Source of the DNA: Candidatus Saccharibacteria bacterium UBA4727
Lineage (GTDB): Bacteria > Patescibacteriota > Saccharimonadia > Saccharimonadales > Saccharimonadaceae
Assembly (NCBI GenBank): GCA_002404195.1
Contig: DHJF01000001.1
Coordinates: 1 to 52,542, forward strand
Length of the DNA: 52,542 nt
Direction: 5' to 3'
Part shown: positions 36,127-45,227 of the stretch, in pieces
Layout of the letters: every line of letters starts with the position of its first letter
Numbering within the stretch: the first letter of the stretch is position 1
Position numbers and translations under genes: made by a program
Notes under the pieces: generated by a model
What the model saw: only the letters and a program-made list of their open reading frames with translations
Databases searched by the model: none
Told to the model about the DNA's origin: nothing

Positions 36127-38610
36127 CTAGACGATTTTTGCGTCGATTTTTGCGGTTACTTCACTCGCGACACGCGCCACGAAATCAGTCACTTCATCGC
36201 CAGTCAGCGTTCGTTCGGCTGCTGTAAATTTCAGACGGACAGTAATATTCTTGGTCGTTCCATCCGCTGGTTCATAGACATCGACCGGCTCAACTGTTGA
36301 GCTGATGTCAATCGTATCTAAAACATTCCGAGTTACATCGATAATCTGCTGGTAGGTGACGTCATGGGCAACCTGAAAACAAATGTCACGCTCACTACTT
36401 GGGTAGCGGCTCAGCGGCGTGTATGCCGGCGCTTTATGGTTCAGCGCTATCGCAATCGCCTCTGGTAAAAGTTCAAAGCCCGCAGCGTAATTTGGCAGTT
36501 TAAAGCCACGTGCGACTGATTTCTTATATTCTCCAATAACCCCCAACGGCTGGCCGGAAGACACGTCAACAACGCGCGCTGAACGACGAGGCTCAAATGG
36601 TTTCGAGAGTGCTAGGTTGCTATCGCCTAACGGTTTATAGCTTAGTTCCATGCCAAGTAATTGGGCCATGTAGTCAAGGATTCGTTTCGCCTGATAGTAT
36701 GGCGCGCTGGCTTGGTCTTTTTTATTCACCAGTACGAAGCCAAGACGGTGCATCTCAGCCGGAACGCCTTCGACTAACTCGGCCGTTTTACTATGGACTT
36801 TATTCATCTCAAATAAGGCAAATTGATCATAGCCATTTTTGACATTCGAATTTACCAGCCCAAGCAAACTTGGGGTTAGACTTTGTCGGTAATATTGCAG
36901 ATCAGGACTAATACTATTGGTAATACGATATGAATCAGCTGGGTCTTGCCCGACTTTACGCAGGATGTCGCCATGGATAAAGCTATACGTCAACACTTCG
37001 CTCGCACCAGCCCGAACCAACGCTTTACGCATTGCCGTGCGCAGTTCGTCAAAGTCACTTGGGTGTACTGCTGTAAAATCACGGTGCGGTAGTTTCAGCG
37101 TAATGGCATCATATGAGTTAATGCGGCCAATCTCTTCAATCACATCTTCTGCAATATGGATATCCGAACGCCAGTACGGCGCCTGAACCGTGAGTGTATC
37201 GTCACTGGCCGTCGCATCGAACTCAACGTTTCGTAGCGTTTCGCGCATTTGCTCGACTGAATACGTCGTGCCAAGAGTAGCATTTACCTGCGTTGCCGTC
37301 AGTTCAATGACGGGGAGATCCCGCTTGCCTGGGTAACTGTCAGCTACATCGCTCACGCGCGTCGCGCCGGTCCATTCAGCTATCAAGCGCACTGCGTCGG
37401 CTACTACCGGCGCAGTGAGTTCGGCCGGCTGCCCTTTCGTAAAACGGGTAATCGCTTCACTAAAAATACCGTGACGCATCTGAGTAGCACGGAGGCTGTA
37501 GAGGCTGAAGGTGGCGCTTTCGATAATAATATTTTTTGTTGATTCGTCGATTTCCGTATCGGCGCCGCCCATCGCACCGGCCAGGCCAATCGCCGTCTCA
37601 CCCGCAGCAATCACGATGTCTTCCGGCGTCAGCTCAATAGTGCGATCATCAAGCAGTGTCAGCTTTTCACCAACACGACCAGAACGGACATGAATATCAG
37701 CCGCCCCACCACCGACCTTCACTAACTTGTCGTAATCAAAGGCATGAAGTGGCTGACCAGTCAGCATCATAAGATAATTCGTGACATCAACAACCGCATT
37801 AATCGGCCGCACACCCACACGAGCAAGATAGGTCTGAATATAGAGTGGTGTTTTTTTAGTGCCATCAGCACCCGAGAGTACAACCGCCTGATAACGTGCT
37901 GACAATTCAGGATCGTCAATCGTCACTGTCGGCGTCATAATATCACCCTGTTTTTCACCAAAATCTGGCGTCAGTTGTGCTAACCATTCTGGTGTATGGA
38001 ATGGTTTGCCCTGAATCGCCGCTACTTCGCGCGCAAAGCCAATAATACCGAAACAATCAGGTCGGTGTGTCAGCGACTTATTTTCAATATCAAGTAAGTA
38101 ATCATTTAACTCATAGACATCGGCGAACTTCGTACCGGGCGCAGCGTCTGTATCAAGCTCTAAGATACCGTCATGTTCGTCAAACAACGCAAGTTCACGG
38201 GCGCTGGCAATCATGCCGTTGCTCATGGCGCCACGGAGTTTACGTGCGCCTAAAACAAATGGTTCGGCGTCATCAGCCGTCTCTGGCACGATAGACTGTG
38301 GTGGTAGCCAAGCAACCAAAATACCAGCTCGTACATTGGGCGCACCACACACGACTTGCACGTAGCCATTGTCGTCACGTTCAACATTTAGCCAAACGCC
38401 ACCATCGTCTAGTTTCGTAACATTGAGGTGGTCGGAGCCCTCAAGCTCGGCACACTCAACAACCTGCGCGACAAGGACGTCTTGGTATTTTTTGCCAAGA
38501 TCAACCACTGTCTCAATTTCAACGAGACGCGCACCAATAAGCGTTGCGAGTTCATCGATTGACACATCAATGTCGGTGAATTTTTTTAACCAATTTACTG
38601 AAATAATCAT
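36127..38610 (-). CDS. pheT: Phenylalanine--tRNA ligase beta subunit
   Basis: 827 aa. MIISVNWLKKF N-terminus, tRNA-binding, B3/4 and B5 regions. 4-nt overlap with pheS. Confidence 0.95.
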   Translation of the reverse strand: MIISVNWLKKFTDIDVSIDELATLIGARLVEIETVVDLGKKYQDVLVAQVVECAELEGSDHLNVTKLDDGGVWLNVERDDNGYVQVVCGAPNVRAGILVAWLPPQSIVPETADDAEPFVLGARKLRGAMSNGMIASARELALFDEHDGILELDTDAAPGTKFADVYELNDYLLDIENKSLTHRPDCFGIIGFAREVAAIQGKPFHTPEWLAQLTPDFGEKQGDIMTPTVTIDDPELSARYQAVVLSGADGTKKTPLYIQTYLARVGVRPINAVVDVTNYLMMLTGQPLHAFDYDKLVKVGGGAADIHVRSGRVGEKLTLLDDRTIELTPEDIVIAAGETAIGLAGAMGGADTEIDESTKNIIIESATFSLYSLRATQMRHGIFSEAITRFTKGQPAELTAPVVADAVRLIAEWTGATRVSDVADSYPGKRDLPVIELTATQVNATLGTTYSVEQMRETLRNVEFDATASDDTLTVQAPYWRSDIHIAEDVIEEIGRINSYDAITLKLPHRDFTAVHPSDFDELRTAMRKALVRAGASEVLTYSFIHGDILRKVGQDPADSYRITNSISPDLQYYRQSLTPSLLGLVNSNVKNGYDQFALFEMNKVHSKTAELVEGVPAEMHRLGFVLVNKKDQASAPYYQAKRILDYMAQLLGMELSYKPLGDSNLALSKPFEPRRSARVVDVSSGQPLGVIGEYKKSVARGFKLPNYAAGFELLPEAIAIALNHKAPAYTPLSRYPSSERDICFQVAHDVTYQQIIDVTRNVLDTIDISSTVEPVDVYEPADGTTKNITVRLKFTAAERTLTGDEVTDFVARVASEVTAKIDAKIV

Positions 38611-39614
38611 GCGAACTTCCTCAAAAATGCTAACTTACCTGATTCAAAATGACGCAAATCTTCAATACCGTATTTCAACATGACAAGCCGTTCAATGCCG
38701 CCACCCCACGCGAAACCACGATATTTTTCTGGGTCGATATCAGCCGACCGTAGGACGTTTGGATGAATCATGCCGCAGCCAAGCATCTCGAGCCAGTCAC
38801 CTGGTTTGCCACCAAGCGCTGCTGGTTTTTCGATTGCAAACTCCAGACCCGGTTCGACGAACGGAAAGTAGCCAGGTTGCGTTTTAATCTTCAGTTTTTG
38901 ACCATAATAGGTTTCGAAAAAGCCCTGCAAAGTACCAAGCATTTCACCAAGTGTAGCCGTCTCACTGACATAGACACCTTCACACTGATAAAACGTGTGT
39001 TCATGCGTGGCATCAACATCCTCATTACGAAAAACACGGCCATAGCTAACGGCCGCGATATGACCGCCGGCTTCAAGCTTCGCCTTGCCCGCTTTTAAAA
39101 TACGATTTTGCATCGTGCTGGTGTGGGCTGGCGGAATAAAACCCTCTTCAGTGCGAAAGGTATCGTAGCCGTCACGCGCCGGGTGATTCGCTGGGAAATT
39201 AAGTGCGCCAAACATATGCTCGTCGTCATCAATTTGACGTGATTCAATTGCCTCAAAACCCATGCGGGTAAAAATGTCGATAACGTTTTCAAGCTCACGT
39301 GTCAGTGGATGTTGCGTACCTTGCTCGGTTGGTAAAAGCGCAGGTAACGCACTGTTTACATCCCACGGTGCGGTCACATCAAGGGGCTCGATTGTAGCAT
39401 CTTCAAGTTCATTTTCACGCGCAACAATTGCCGCTTCCAATGTAACTTTTAATTCATTAACTGCCTTGCCATACGCACCGCGCTCACTTGGATCGAGTGT
39501 CGGTAAGACTGTATAAAGTTGTTTTAATTCTGCGGCCTTCAAAATTTCACGCGGCTCATTCGTCGCGCTCACACGGGCAAAAAGTGTTTGGCGTAGATCT
39601 TCAATATTTGTCAT
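38607..39614 (-). CDS. pheS: Phenylalanine--tRNA ligase alpha subunit
   Basis: 335 aa with class II motifs (FRNEDVDATHEHTFYQCEG, GFAWGGGIERL). Confidence 0.95.
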   Translation of the reverse strand: MTNIEDLRQTLFARVSATNEPREILKAAELKQLYTVLPTLDPSERGAYGKAVNELKVTLEAAIVARENELEDATIEPLDVTAPWDVNSALPALLPTEQGTQHPLTRELENVIDIFTRMGFEAIESRQIDDDEHMFGALNFPANHPARDGYDTFRTEEGFIPPAHTSTMQNRILKAGKAKLEAGGHIAAVSYGRVFRNEDVDATHEHTFYQCEGVYVSETATLGEMLGTLQGFFETYYGQKLKIKTQPGYFPFVEPGLEFAIEKPAALGGKPGDWLEMLGCGMIHPNVLRSADIDPEKYRGFAWGGGIERLVMLKYGIEDLRHFESGKLAFLRKFA

Positions 39615-39638
39615 AACTATTTATTAGTATACGACAGT

Positions 39639-39875
39639 TTAGTGCGTCGTCACAATCAAAACAAATATACCAATCACCACCGCAACAACCACGAGAACCC
39701 AGACCCACGCGTGCTTGGTCGTTCCGACCGTCCCTTTGATATAGGCGGAATCACTCACGCCGTCCGGACGCTTGTTATCTTCTTGCGCTCGCTTGCGCGC
39801 TTTTTCTTGAAGTTCACTCGCTAGTCGTTGCTGTAGCTCGGTTCGATTGTCGTCTTGTCGAATAAATAATGCCAT
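39639..39875 (-). CDS. Small tail-anchored membrane protein
   Basis: 78 aa. Charged N-terminal half and a C-terminal TM helix, WVWVLVVVAVVIGIFVLIV. Confidence 0.45.
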   Translation of the reverse strand: MALFIRQDDNRTELQQRLASELQEKARKRAQEDNKRPDGVSDSAYIKGTVGTTKHAWVWVLVVVAVVIGIFVLIVTTH

Positions 39876-39998
39876 ACCATCATTGTAGCATTCGTTGTAC
39901 CAATCTCACATTTGTCCATCGTTATAGCACTCGTGTTTATTATCAGAAAAATATGCTATACTTACGCCATATTTCACTATATATAAGGAGGGAAATAC

Positions 39999-40838
39999 AT
40001 GGCTACTAAGAAAGCCGCTTCAAACGCAAAGAAATCGACGACCAACAGGTCGGTTGCCAAGAAGCAAAATACAACAAAAGTAACGACCGTCAAAGCCGTA
40101 GAATCACACCCGATTCACCGCGCTGCCAGTACTGGAAATGTCTCCCGACGACTTGGCTTGATGCGCACACCACTTGTTGCTGCATTGATCGCTGAGTTCA
40201 TCGGAACTTTCATTTTCGCAGGCGCAGTTATCGCTAGCTCAGGTCAGCCACTCTATGTATTATTTGCATTAGTTGGTGTTGTTCTCGCGATCGGTACAAT
40301 CTCAGGTGGCTATGCCAACCCTGCGCTTGTTATCGGTGCATGGGTAACACGTCGCATGTCGGGTATGCGTGCAATCGCTTACATCGTTGCCCAAGTTTTG
40401 GGTGCAATGCTTGCGTTGGCTCTGCTTAGCGCATTCGTGCACGCGGTACCACAAGCTACAACTGCCTACAGCAATGCGCCAGCACTGTTCAAGGTCGCGG
40501 CACTTCCTAAGGACCACGAATGGTTCATCTTCTGGAGCGAACTTGTTGGTATGGCAATCTTCGGATTTGCTGCTGCAAGCGCCCTACGTCGTGAGACAAA
40601 GCGCCTGACTGCTGCCCTCACTCTTGGCCTTGGTTTATTCCTTGGTTTGATGGTTGCCGGCTCAGCTGCCGCTTACCTTAGCGCAACGACCGTATTGAAC
40701 CCAGCTGTCGCTGTGGCTCTTCAAGGTATCAACTTCACAAGCATCTGGCCAATCGCCATTTACTTTGTTGGTACGTCTATCGGTGCAGTTATCGGATTTG
40801 TCTTGTTTGACTACCTCCGCGCTGCTGAAAAAAAATAA
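39999..40838 (+). CDS. MIP-family channel (aquaporin/glycerol facilitator) with a basic ~55-aa N-terminal extension
   Basis: Two NPA boxes (GGYANPALV, VLNPAVAV). AAGGAGGG Shine-Dalgarno 7 nt upstream supports the long start. TGcTATACT promoter element upstream. Confidence 0.85.
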   Translation: MATKKAASNAKKSTTNRSVAKKQNTTKVTTVKAVESHPIHRAASTGNVSRRLGLMRTPLVAALIAEFIGTFIFAGAVIASSGQPLYVLFALVGVVLAIGTISGGYANPALVIGAWVTRRMSGMRAIAYIVAQVLGAMLALALLSAFVHAVPQATTAYSNAPALFKVAALPKDHEWFIFWSELVGMAIFGFAAASALRRETKRLTAALTLGLGLFLGLMVAGSAAAYLSATTVLNPAVAVALQGINFTSIWPIAIYFVGTSIGAVIGFVLFDYLRAAEKK

Positions 40839-40866
40839 TCGCTTCGTAGATTATTTCGATTTAAAA

Positions 40867-40894
40867 CTCCCCGTCACCACGACGGGGAGTTTTT
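40867..40894 (+). terminator. Intrinsic terminator of the MIP channel gene
   Basis: ctccccgtc-accac-gacggggag followed by TTTTT. Confidence 0.8.
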
Positions 40895-40904
40895 GTATAC
40901 AACC

Positions 40905-41376
40905 GTCATTCTAGACCTGATCCAGAATCCAGTAATTACTTCATCAGCTGAACTTCCTTCATCCTTTCTTCCTGGAAAGAAACAAAGCCCTTGTACTTTT
41001 TGCTTCAAAAGTACCAAAACCGTTTTAATTGAAAAAGACACGTCCTCGCGAACGATTCGACGAAAGTGGCTGGTTGCTTCTCGGGGTCGCTCACAGCCCC
41101 TGGCTCGGCACGAGGAGTGCGCGGCTCATGGCAAAGGGATTCTATTGATGACACTATGTGCTGTAGCTAGCGTGAGCCAGCCCTTCGGACTCTTCTGTCC
41201 GAGTGGAACTTGTCGCGGAGCGAGCCAAACGCCATGGGCGAGCTTATAGCTCCCCATAGAGTGCGCCCGAGAGAAGAACGGGTGCGGAGGGGTGGGTGGT
41301 AAGAAGTGTGGAGATTAAAACAGGGCGCAAGATACTAATCTATCACGACTGAATTCTGGATTGAGTCCAGAATGAC
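40905..41376. mobile_element. 472-bp non-coding element bounded by 28-bp imperfect terminal inverted repeats (MITE-like), G+C-rich and highly structured inside
   Basis: Left end is gtcattctagacctgatccagaatccag (40905-40932). The reverse complement of the right end (41349-41376) is gtcattctggactcaatccagaattcag, 23/28 identical. Each end is itself an 8-bp hairpin (ATTCTGGA-N5-TCCAGAAT). No credible ORF and no obvious target-site duplication. Confidence 0.35.
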
Positions 41377-41395
41377 ATTGCGACAAGCTTATCGT

Positions 41396-42475
41396 CTATT
41401 CATCGCTCTGTGGCTTGTCGATAAGCAGTGGCTCGACACCCGGCTCATTGCCGGCAATCTTCACCACGTCTTTATCGATCTTTTTAAGCTCTTTATGAGC
41501 ATTGTTATAATGATTCACCGTCGTGCCGAGACTACTACCGAGTTTCTGCATAAAGCTATCGTAGGCGCTGATATGCCGCCCAAGCTGACCAACACGCACC
41601 TGAATCTCTTTGGCTTGCTCTTCGATTTGCAGGCTGCGCAGGCCCTGCAGCACGGTCTGTAGGTACGCCATGAAGCTGGTTGGGCTAACGATAATCACCT
41701 TCTTATCACGAAAGGCATATTCAATTAAGTCACGCGCACTACTCCCCGTACCGACATCACCAATCAGCAGATCATAATAAAGCGACTCACTCGGAATAAA
41801 CATAAAGGCAAAGTCCATCGTATTTTCACTCGGTCGAATATATTTGCTGGTCTCGTCAATGCGGCCTTTAAGATCATTGCGTACCAGCGCCAGTAGTTGC
41901 GCTTTTTTCACCTTGTCGTTTTCGCCCACCATGCGATTGTAGTTTTCTAGGCTAAACTTGCTATCAATCGGCAGCACTTGGTCTTTTTCTAAAAACACCA
42001 CAGCATCAACAATATCTCCGTTGGTAAATTTATACTGCATCTGGAATTGCTTTGGCGGCAGAATATTATCGAGGACTGACTCTAAATAATACTCACCGAA
42101 TACGCCGCGTTGCTTTGGATTTTGCAGGACATTTTGCAATGTCTTCAATTCGTCGGCGACATCAATTACTCGCCGGTTTGTTTCATCGAGTTTTGCCAGG
42201 CGCTGCGTGACGTCACTCACCAATTTCGCACTTTCACTCAGTTGTTTTTGCATCGAGGTCTGCATGGCAACATTGCTCCGCTCCATTTTGTCGCCCATGT
42301 TTTGTTGTAGCAGCGCAATCGTGCGCGACAGCTCCGTGACATCGGCCTTCATCATATCAACCGAGCCGCTATTTTTTAGCTCACGCAGGCGTTGGTTCAA
42401 CACCACAACGATAAGGCAAAAACCAACGACAACAACCACCAGTACACAAATAAGGATAATCAGATTCATGTTCAT
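41396..42475 (-). CDS. rmuC: DNA recombination protein RmuC
   Basis: 359 aa. N-terminal TM helix, a long coiled coil, then a C-terminal nuclease-like region (FAFMFIPSESLYYD...VIIVSPTSFMAYL). Confidence 0.85.
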   Translation of the reverse strand: MNMNLIILICVLVVVVVGFCLIVVVLNQRLRELKNSGSVDMMKADVTELSRTIALLQQNMGDKMERSNVAMQTSMQKQLSESAKLVSDVTQRLAKLDETNRRVIDVADELKTLQNVLQNPKQRGVFGEYYLESVLDNILPPKQFQMQYKFTNGDIVDAVVFLEKDQVLPIDSKFSLENYNRMVGENDKVKKAQLLALVRNDLKGRIDETSKYIRPSENTMDFAFMFIPSESLYYDLLIGDVGTGSSARDLIEYAFRDKKVIIVSPTSFMAYLQTVLQGLRSLQIEEQAKEIQVRVGQLGRHISAYDSFMQKLGSSLGTTVNHYNNAHKELKKIDKDVVKIAGNEPGVEPLLIDKPQSDE

Positions 42476-42505
42476 AGTATAGCATCCGTTACTCGGCGCG
42501 TAACA

Positions 42506-42991
42506 CTATGCAACAATTGTCATACGAACAATCACGACGAGGACAATCACAACCACCATTGCAAACAGGAATGAGCGGATACGCACCGCCCAGCCGAACA
42601 AGGCATACGCTAGTCCGTATAAAATAGCTGTAGCGAGAGCTGCGCCGAGCCATGACAGTGGTGCTGTTAAAAGCAACAGCCCCCATAGCGAGATGAGTGC
42701 AGCAATTGCAATGGGTAGTGGACGGAAAATTTGCAACCTAGCAAGGGCAAATAGACCAATTCCGGCCGCAATAATGCCGGCCGTTACTTCGGCGTACTGT
42801 GGTGCCGAGGTGCACTTTGCGACTAAATCACCACGACAGAGAACAATGGTATATAAATACGTATCAAACAGCCACGCTATGCCCCAAGCGATCAATCCGA
42901 CAATCACGCCGACGAGTGCCGTCTGCCACATTCGCCTCGGACTCGTCATTAGTATTGCCGACGGTCTTGTTTCGCTGTATACCTTTGCCAT
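42506..42991 (-). CDS. Hypothetical integral membrane protein (about 4 TM)
   Basis: 161 aa, strongly hydrophobic, no motif recognised. Confidence 0.5.
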   Translation of the reverse strand: MAKVYSETRPSAILMTSPRRMWQTALVGVIVGLIAWGIAWLFDTYLYTIVLCRGDLVAKCTSAPQYAEVTAGIIAAGIGLFALARLQIFRPLPIAIAALISLWGLLLLTAPLSWLGAALATAILYGLAYALFGWAVRIRSFLFAMVVVIVLVVIVRMTIVA

Positions 42992-43026
42992 ATTCTCAAC
43001 TCCTCGTTTGTATTGGCATCATTGTA

Positions 43027-43527
43027 CTAGCTTTTTGCAGTTTTGGCGAGTGGCTGTTGTACCTGCTTTTGCTTAGTCTGCAAGTACCATAATGTGCCAA
43101 CGCACGCCACGAGCACTCCGCCGATCACATCGAGTGGCGTATGCACCAGGGCGAGCACGCGGCCAATACACACAATCACGGTGAGACTTGCCAAGATAAT
43201 CGTCAGTCCTTTTCGTCGCGTCTCAAACCAAACGGCGAGCGTCAAAAAGGCGCTAAATAAGGCGTGGTCCGACGGAAAACCAGCATTTTGCAGGTAGAGC
43301 GCACCTGGTTTGACGCCCAGTATCTCGAACGGTCGTTCGCCGCTTGGCTGATACACAGCCGCAAGTAGTTTCGCGACTAGATAGGCTGTCATGCCCGCCA
43401 TAAGAATACGGGTATAAGCTTCGAATCGATGACCTTTTGGCACAAGAAAAAGAAGCGCGTAGCCAGCAATGGCTATAATTGGTAGGAGCGCACCATCAGC
43501 GCAGAGCTTAATAATCGTCTGTATCAT
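43027..43527 (-). CDS. PAP2-family phosphatase (undecaprenyl-diphosphatase-like)
   Basis: 166 aa. GERPF, GFPSDHA and LVHTPLDVIGG match the three PAP2 motifs. Confidence 0.75.
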   Translation of the reverse strand: MIQTIIKLCADGALLPIIAIAGYALLFLVPKGHRFEAYTRILMAGMTAYLVAKLLAAVYQPSGERPFEILGVKPGALYLQNAGFPSDHALFSAFLTLAVWFETRRKGLTIILASLTVIVCIGRVLALVHTPLDVIGGVLVACVGTLWYLQTKQKQVQQPLAKTAKS

Positions 43528-43561
43528 ACAGCCAGTATACTACGCCCCGTGTCGTATTTCA

Positions 43562-43927
43562 TTAACCAATTCGGCCACTGCGCATTGTCATATATTGTTC
43601 GATCCGGTGTGTCGTCCAGCCACGCTGATGGAGTTCGTTTTTTAGTTTACCAAGTAGCGCCATACGAAAGGCACGTGCATTCCCAAAGCCACGCTTTTTA
43701 GCAATCTCTTCAAAGGTCAACTTTTTCTGTAGGGTTCGAAACGCTTGAGCATCAATCCCAAGTACATCAGCGCGCAATTCACCCTTGCGGTCGTGACGCT
43801 GCAACAAACGGTCGAATTGCGACTCCTGACGGCGCTTGCTGCCTGGTATCCGACTAATACCCGGTACTGCTGCTGCTACTGCTGTAACCAGTAGTAGTGA
43901 CGCAAGCGTTTTTGTTGACATTCGCAT
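43562..43927 (-). CDS. Small secreted basic protein, function unknown
   Basis: 121 aa with signal-peptide-like MRMSTKTLASLLLVTAVAAAVPG. GGGGG Shine-Dalgarno upstream. Confidence 0.5.
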   Translation of the reverse strand: MRMSTKTLASLLLVTAVAAAVPGISRIPGSKRRQESQFDRLLQRHDRKGELRADVLGIDAQAFRTLQKKLTFEEIAKKRGFGNARAFRMALLGKLKNELHQRGWTTHRIEQYMTMRSGRIG

Positions 43928-44020
43928 AGGAAGCCCCCTTGTAAGCGTTTATTAGAGTCGCTTATGGTTCTACTATACGCCGTGAAAATATGTGAAAAGA
44001 ATGTGGATTTTGCAACGTTT

Positions 44021-44260
44021 TTATTGCAAGATGCCAATAGCCCGCGCTGCGGCCAGTACCACCGTCGCAAGTGATGCCAATGCCTGAATCATCATCAAGA
44101 GTTTCGCACGGTGTGAAATCGGAATAGTATCGGCTGAGGAAAAATTCGTCACATTGGTCGTCGACAGACACATATAGTCCATAAAGCCCGGCAGCCAATC
44201 AGCTTCGGCGGCACCAAACCGTAACGCTTGTGCTAGAATAAAAGCACTATGCGAAAGCCT
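44021..44260 (-). pseudogene. Possible 3' remnant of a DUF1345/pore-loop-like membrane protein gene, truncated where the cyoA promoter region begins
   Basis: Own translation: 79 open codons, ...AEADWLPGFMDYMCLSTTNVTNFSSADTIPISHRAKLLMMIQALASLATVVLAAARAIGILQ*. The first ATG leaves only 53 aa, and there is no Shine-Dalgarno. Family assignment is from memory of the pattern DYxxxS..T....SD....S.R....L....LS.....VLA. Confidence 0.3.
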
Positions 44261-44264
44261 TTAT

Positions 44265-45227
44265 ATGCGTAAATATAGCAAAGTCATTTTAGCCAGTCTT
44301 GTCGTCATTATTTTGACTGTCGTCATCGTGCGTTACGTCGGCAGCCTCCATATCCCAATGCTCGACCCCAAAGGCATCGTCGCCCTCAAAGAGCGTAATC
44401 TAATGGCGTTCACGCTTCTATTCGGTTTTTTCGTTATGATACCGGTTTTCGGGATGACCATCGCCATCGCCTGGCGCTACCGCGAGGGCAACACCAAGGC
44501 CCGCTATACGCCAAATGCCGGCACTAATCGCATCGCCGAGACGGTCTGGTGGGGTATTCCAATTGTCATTATTCTCATCCTATCGATCGTCACCTGGGTC
44601 AGCACCAAAGACATCGACCCATTCAAGCCACTCGACCCTCACGCCAAATCAATGACCATCAAGGTTGTAGCGCTGAACTGGAAATGGCTCTTTATCTACC
44701 CCGACGCAGGCAATATCGCCACTGTTAATTATGTACAGTTCCCCGTCAACACCCCGGTCACCTTTGAACTGACAGCCGACGCGCCGATGAACTCGTTCTG
44801 GATTCCACAGCTCGGTGGTCAACTCTACGCCATGCCAGGCATGATTACCAAACTAAATTTAAATGCTACCGAAGTTGGTGAATACAAAGGCTCATCAGCC
44901 AATATCAGTGGCGCGGGTTTTGCCGGCATGAAGTTTATCGCTAAAGCTAGTTCACAGCATGATTTTGACACCTGGGTTGCAAAAACCCAAAAAGCGCCGC
45001 AGCAGCTCGACCACGCTACGTACGCCGAGCTAGCGAAAGATAGCACCAACAACCCCGTCGCCTCCTATGGTACTACTTCGAGTGACCTGTATGATACGAT
45101 TGTTATGAAATACATGATGCCGACAACATCGGCGACGAAATCAACAACCGACACTAAGGCAGCACAGATGGACCACATGCACATGGAAGGTATGGATATG
45201 AGCACAATGAATATGGGAACAAATTAA
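44265..45227 (+). CDS. cyoA: Cytochrome bo3-type quinol oxidase subunit II
   Basis: 320 aa. MNSFWIPQLGGQLYAMPGMITKLNL...SGAGFAGMKF is the quinol-oxidase type with no CuA Cys ligands. Met/His-rich C-terminal tail. TGcTAGAAT at 44231-44239. Confidence 0.9.
   Translation: MRKYSKVILASLVVIILTVVIVRYVGSLHIPMLDPKGIVALKERNLMAFTLLFGFFVMIPVFGMTIAIAWRYREGNTKARYTPNAGTNRIAETVWWGIPIVIILILSIVTWVSTKDIDPFKPLDPHAKSMTIKVVALNWKWLFIYPDAGNIATVNYVQFPVNTPVTFELTADAPMNSFWIPQLGGQLYAMPGMITKLNLNATEVGEYKGSSANISGAGFAGMKFIAKASSQHDFDTWVAKTQKAPQQLDHATYAELAKDSTNNPVASYGTTSSDLYDTIVMKYMMPTTSATKSTTDTKAAQMDHMHMEGMDMSTMNMGTN

Noticed and set aside
40893-41249. 118-aa plus-strand ORF in the aquaporin-rmuC gap
   Set aside because: It starts inside the upstream terminator and runs across the left inverted repeat. 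It is Cys/Ser/Arg-rich with no motif. Its openness is explained by the high G+C of the region.
41030-41350. RNase P RNA or tmRNA hidden in the G+C-rich interior of the TIR-bounded element
   Set aside because: GAUUCGACG and GGGUGCGG...GGUAAGAAG recall tmRNA and RNase P fragments. A GAAAG-U-GGCUGG / CCAGCC-CUU pairing mimics P4. However, there is no CR-I GGAAAGUCC, no ACAGAA...GGCUUA, no acceptor/T-arm, and the spacing is wrong.
44242-44268. Short upstream ORF (ATG CGA AAG CCT TTA TAT GCG TAA) overlapping the cyoA start
   Set aside because: Seven codons with no Shine-Dalgarno, and such mini-ORFs arise readily by chance. No attenuator-like structure was seen.
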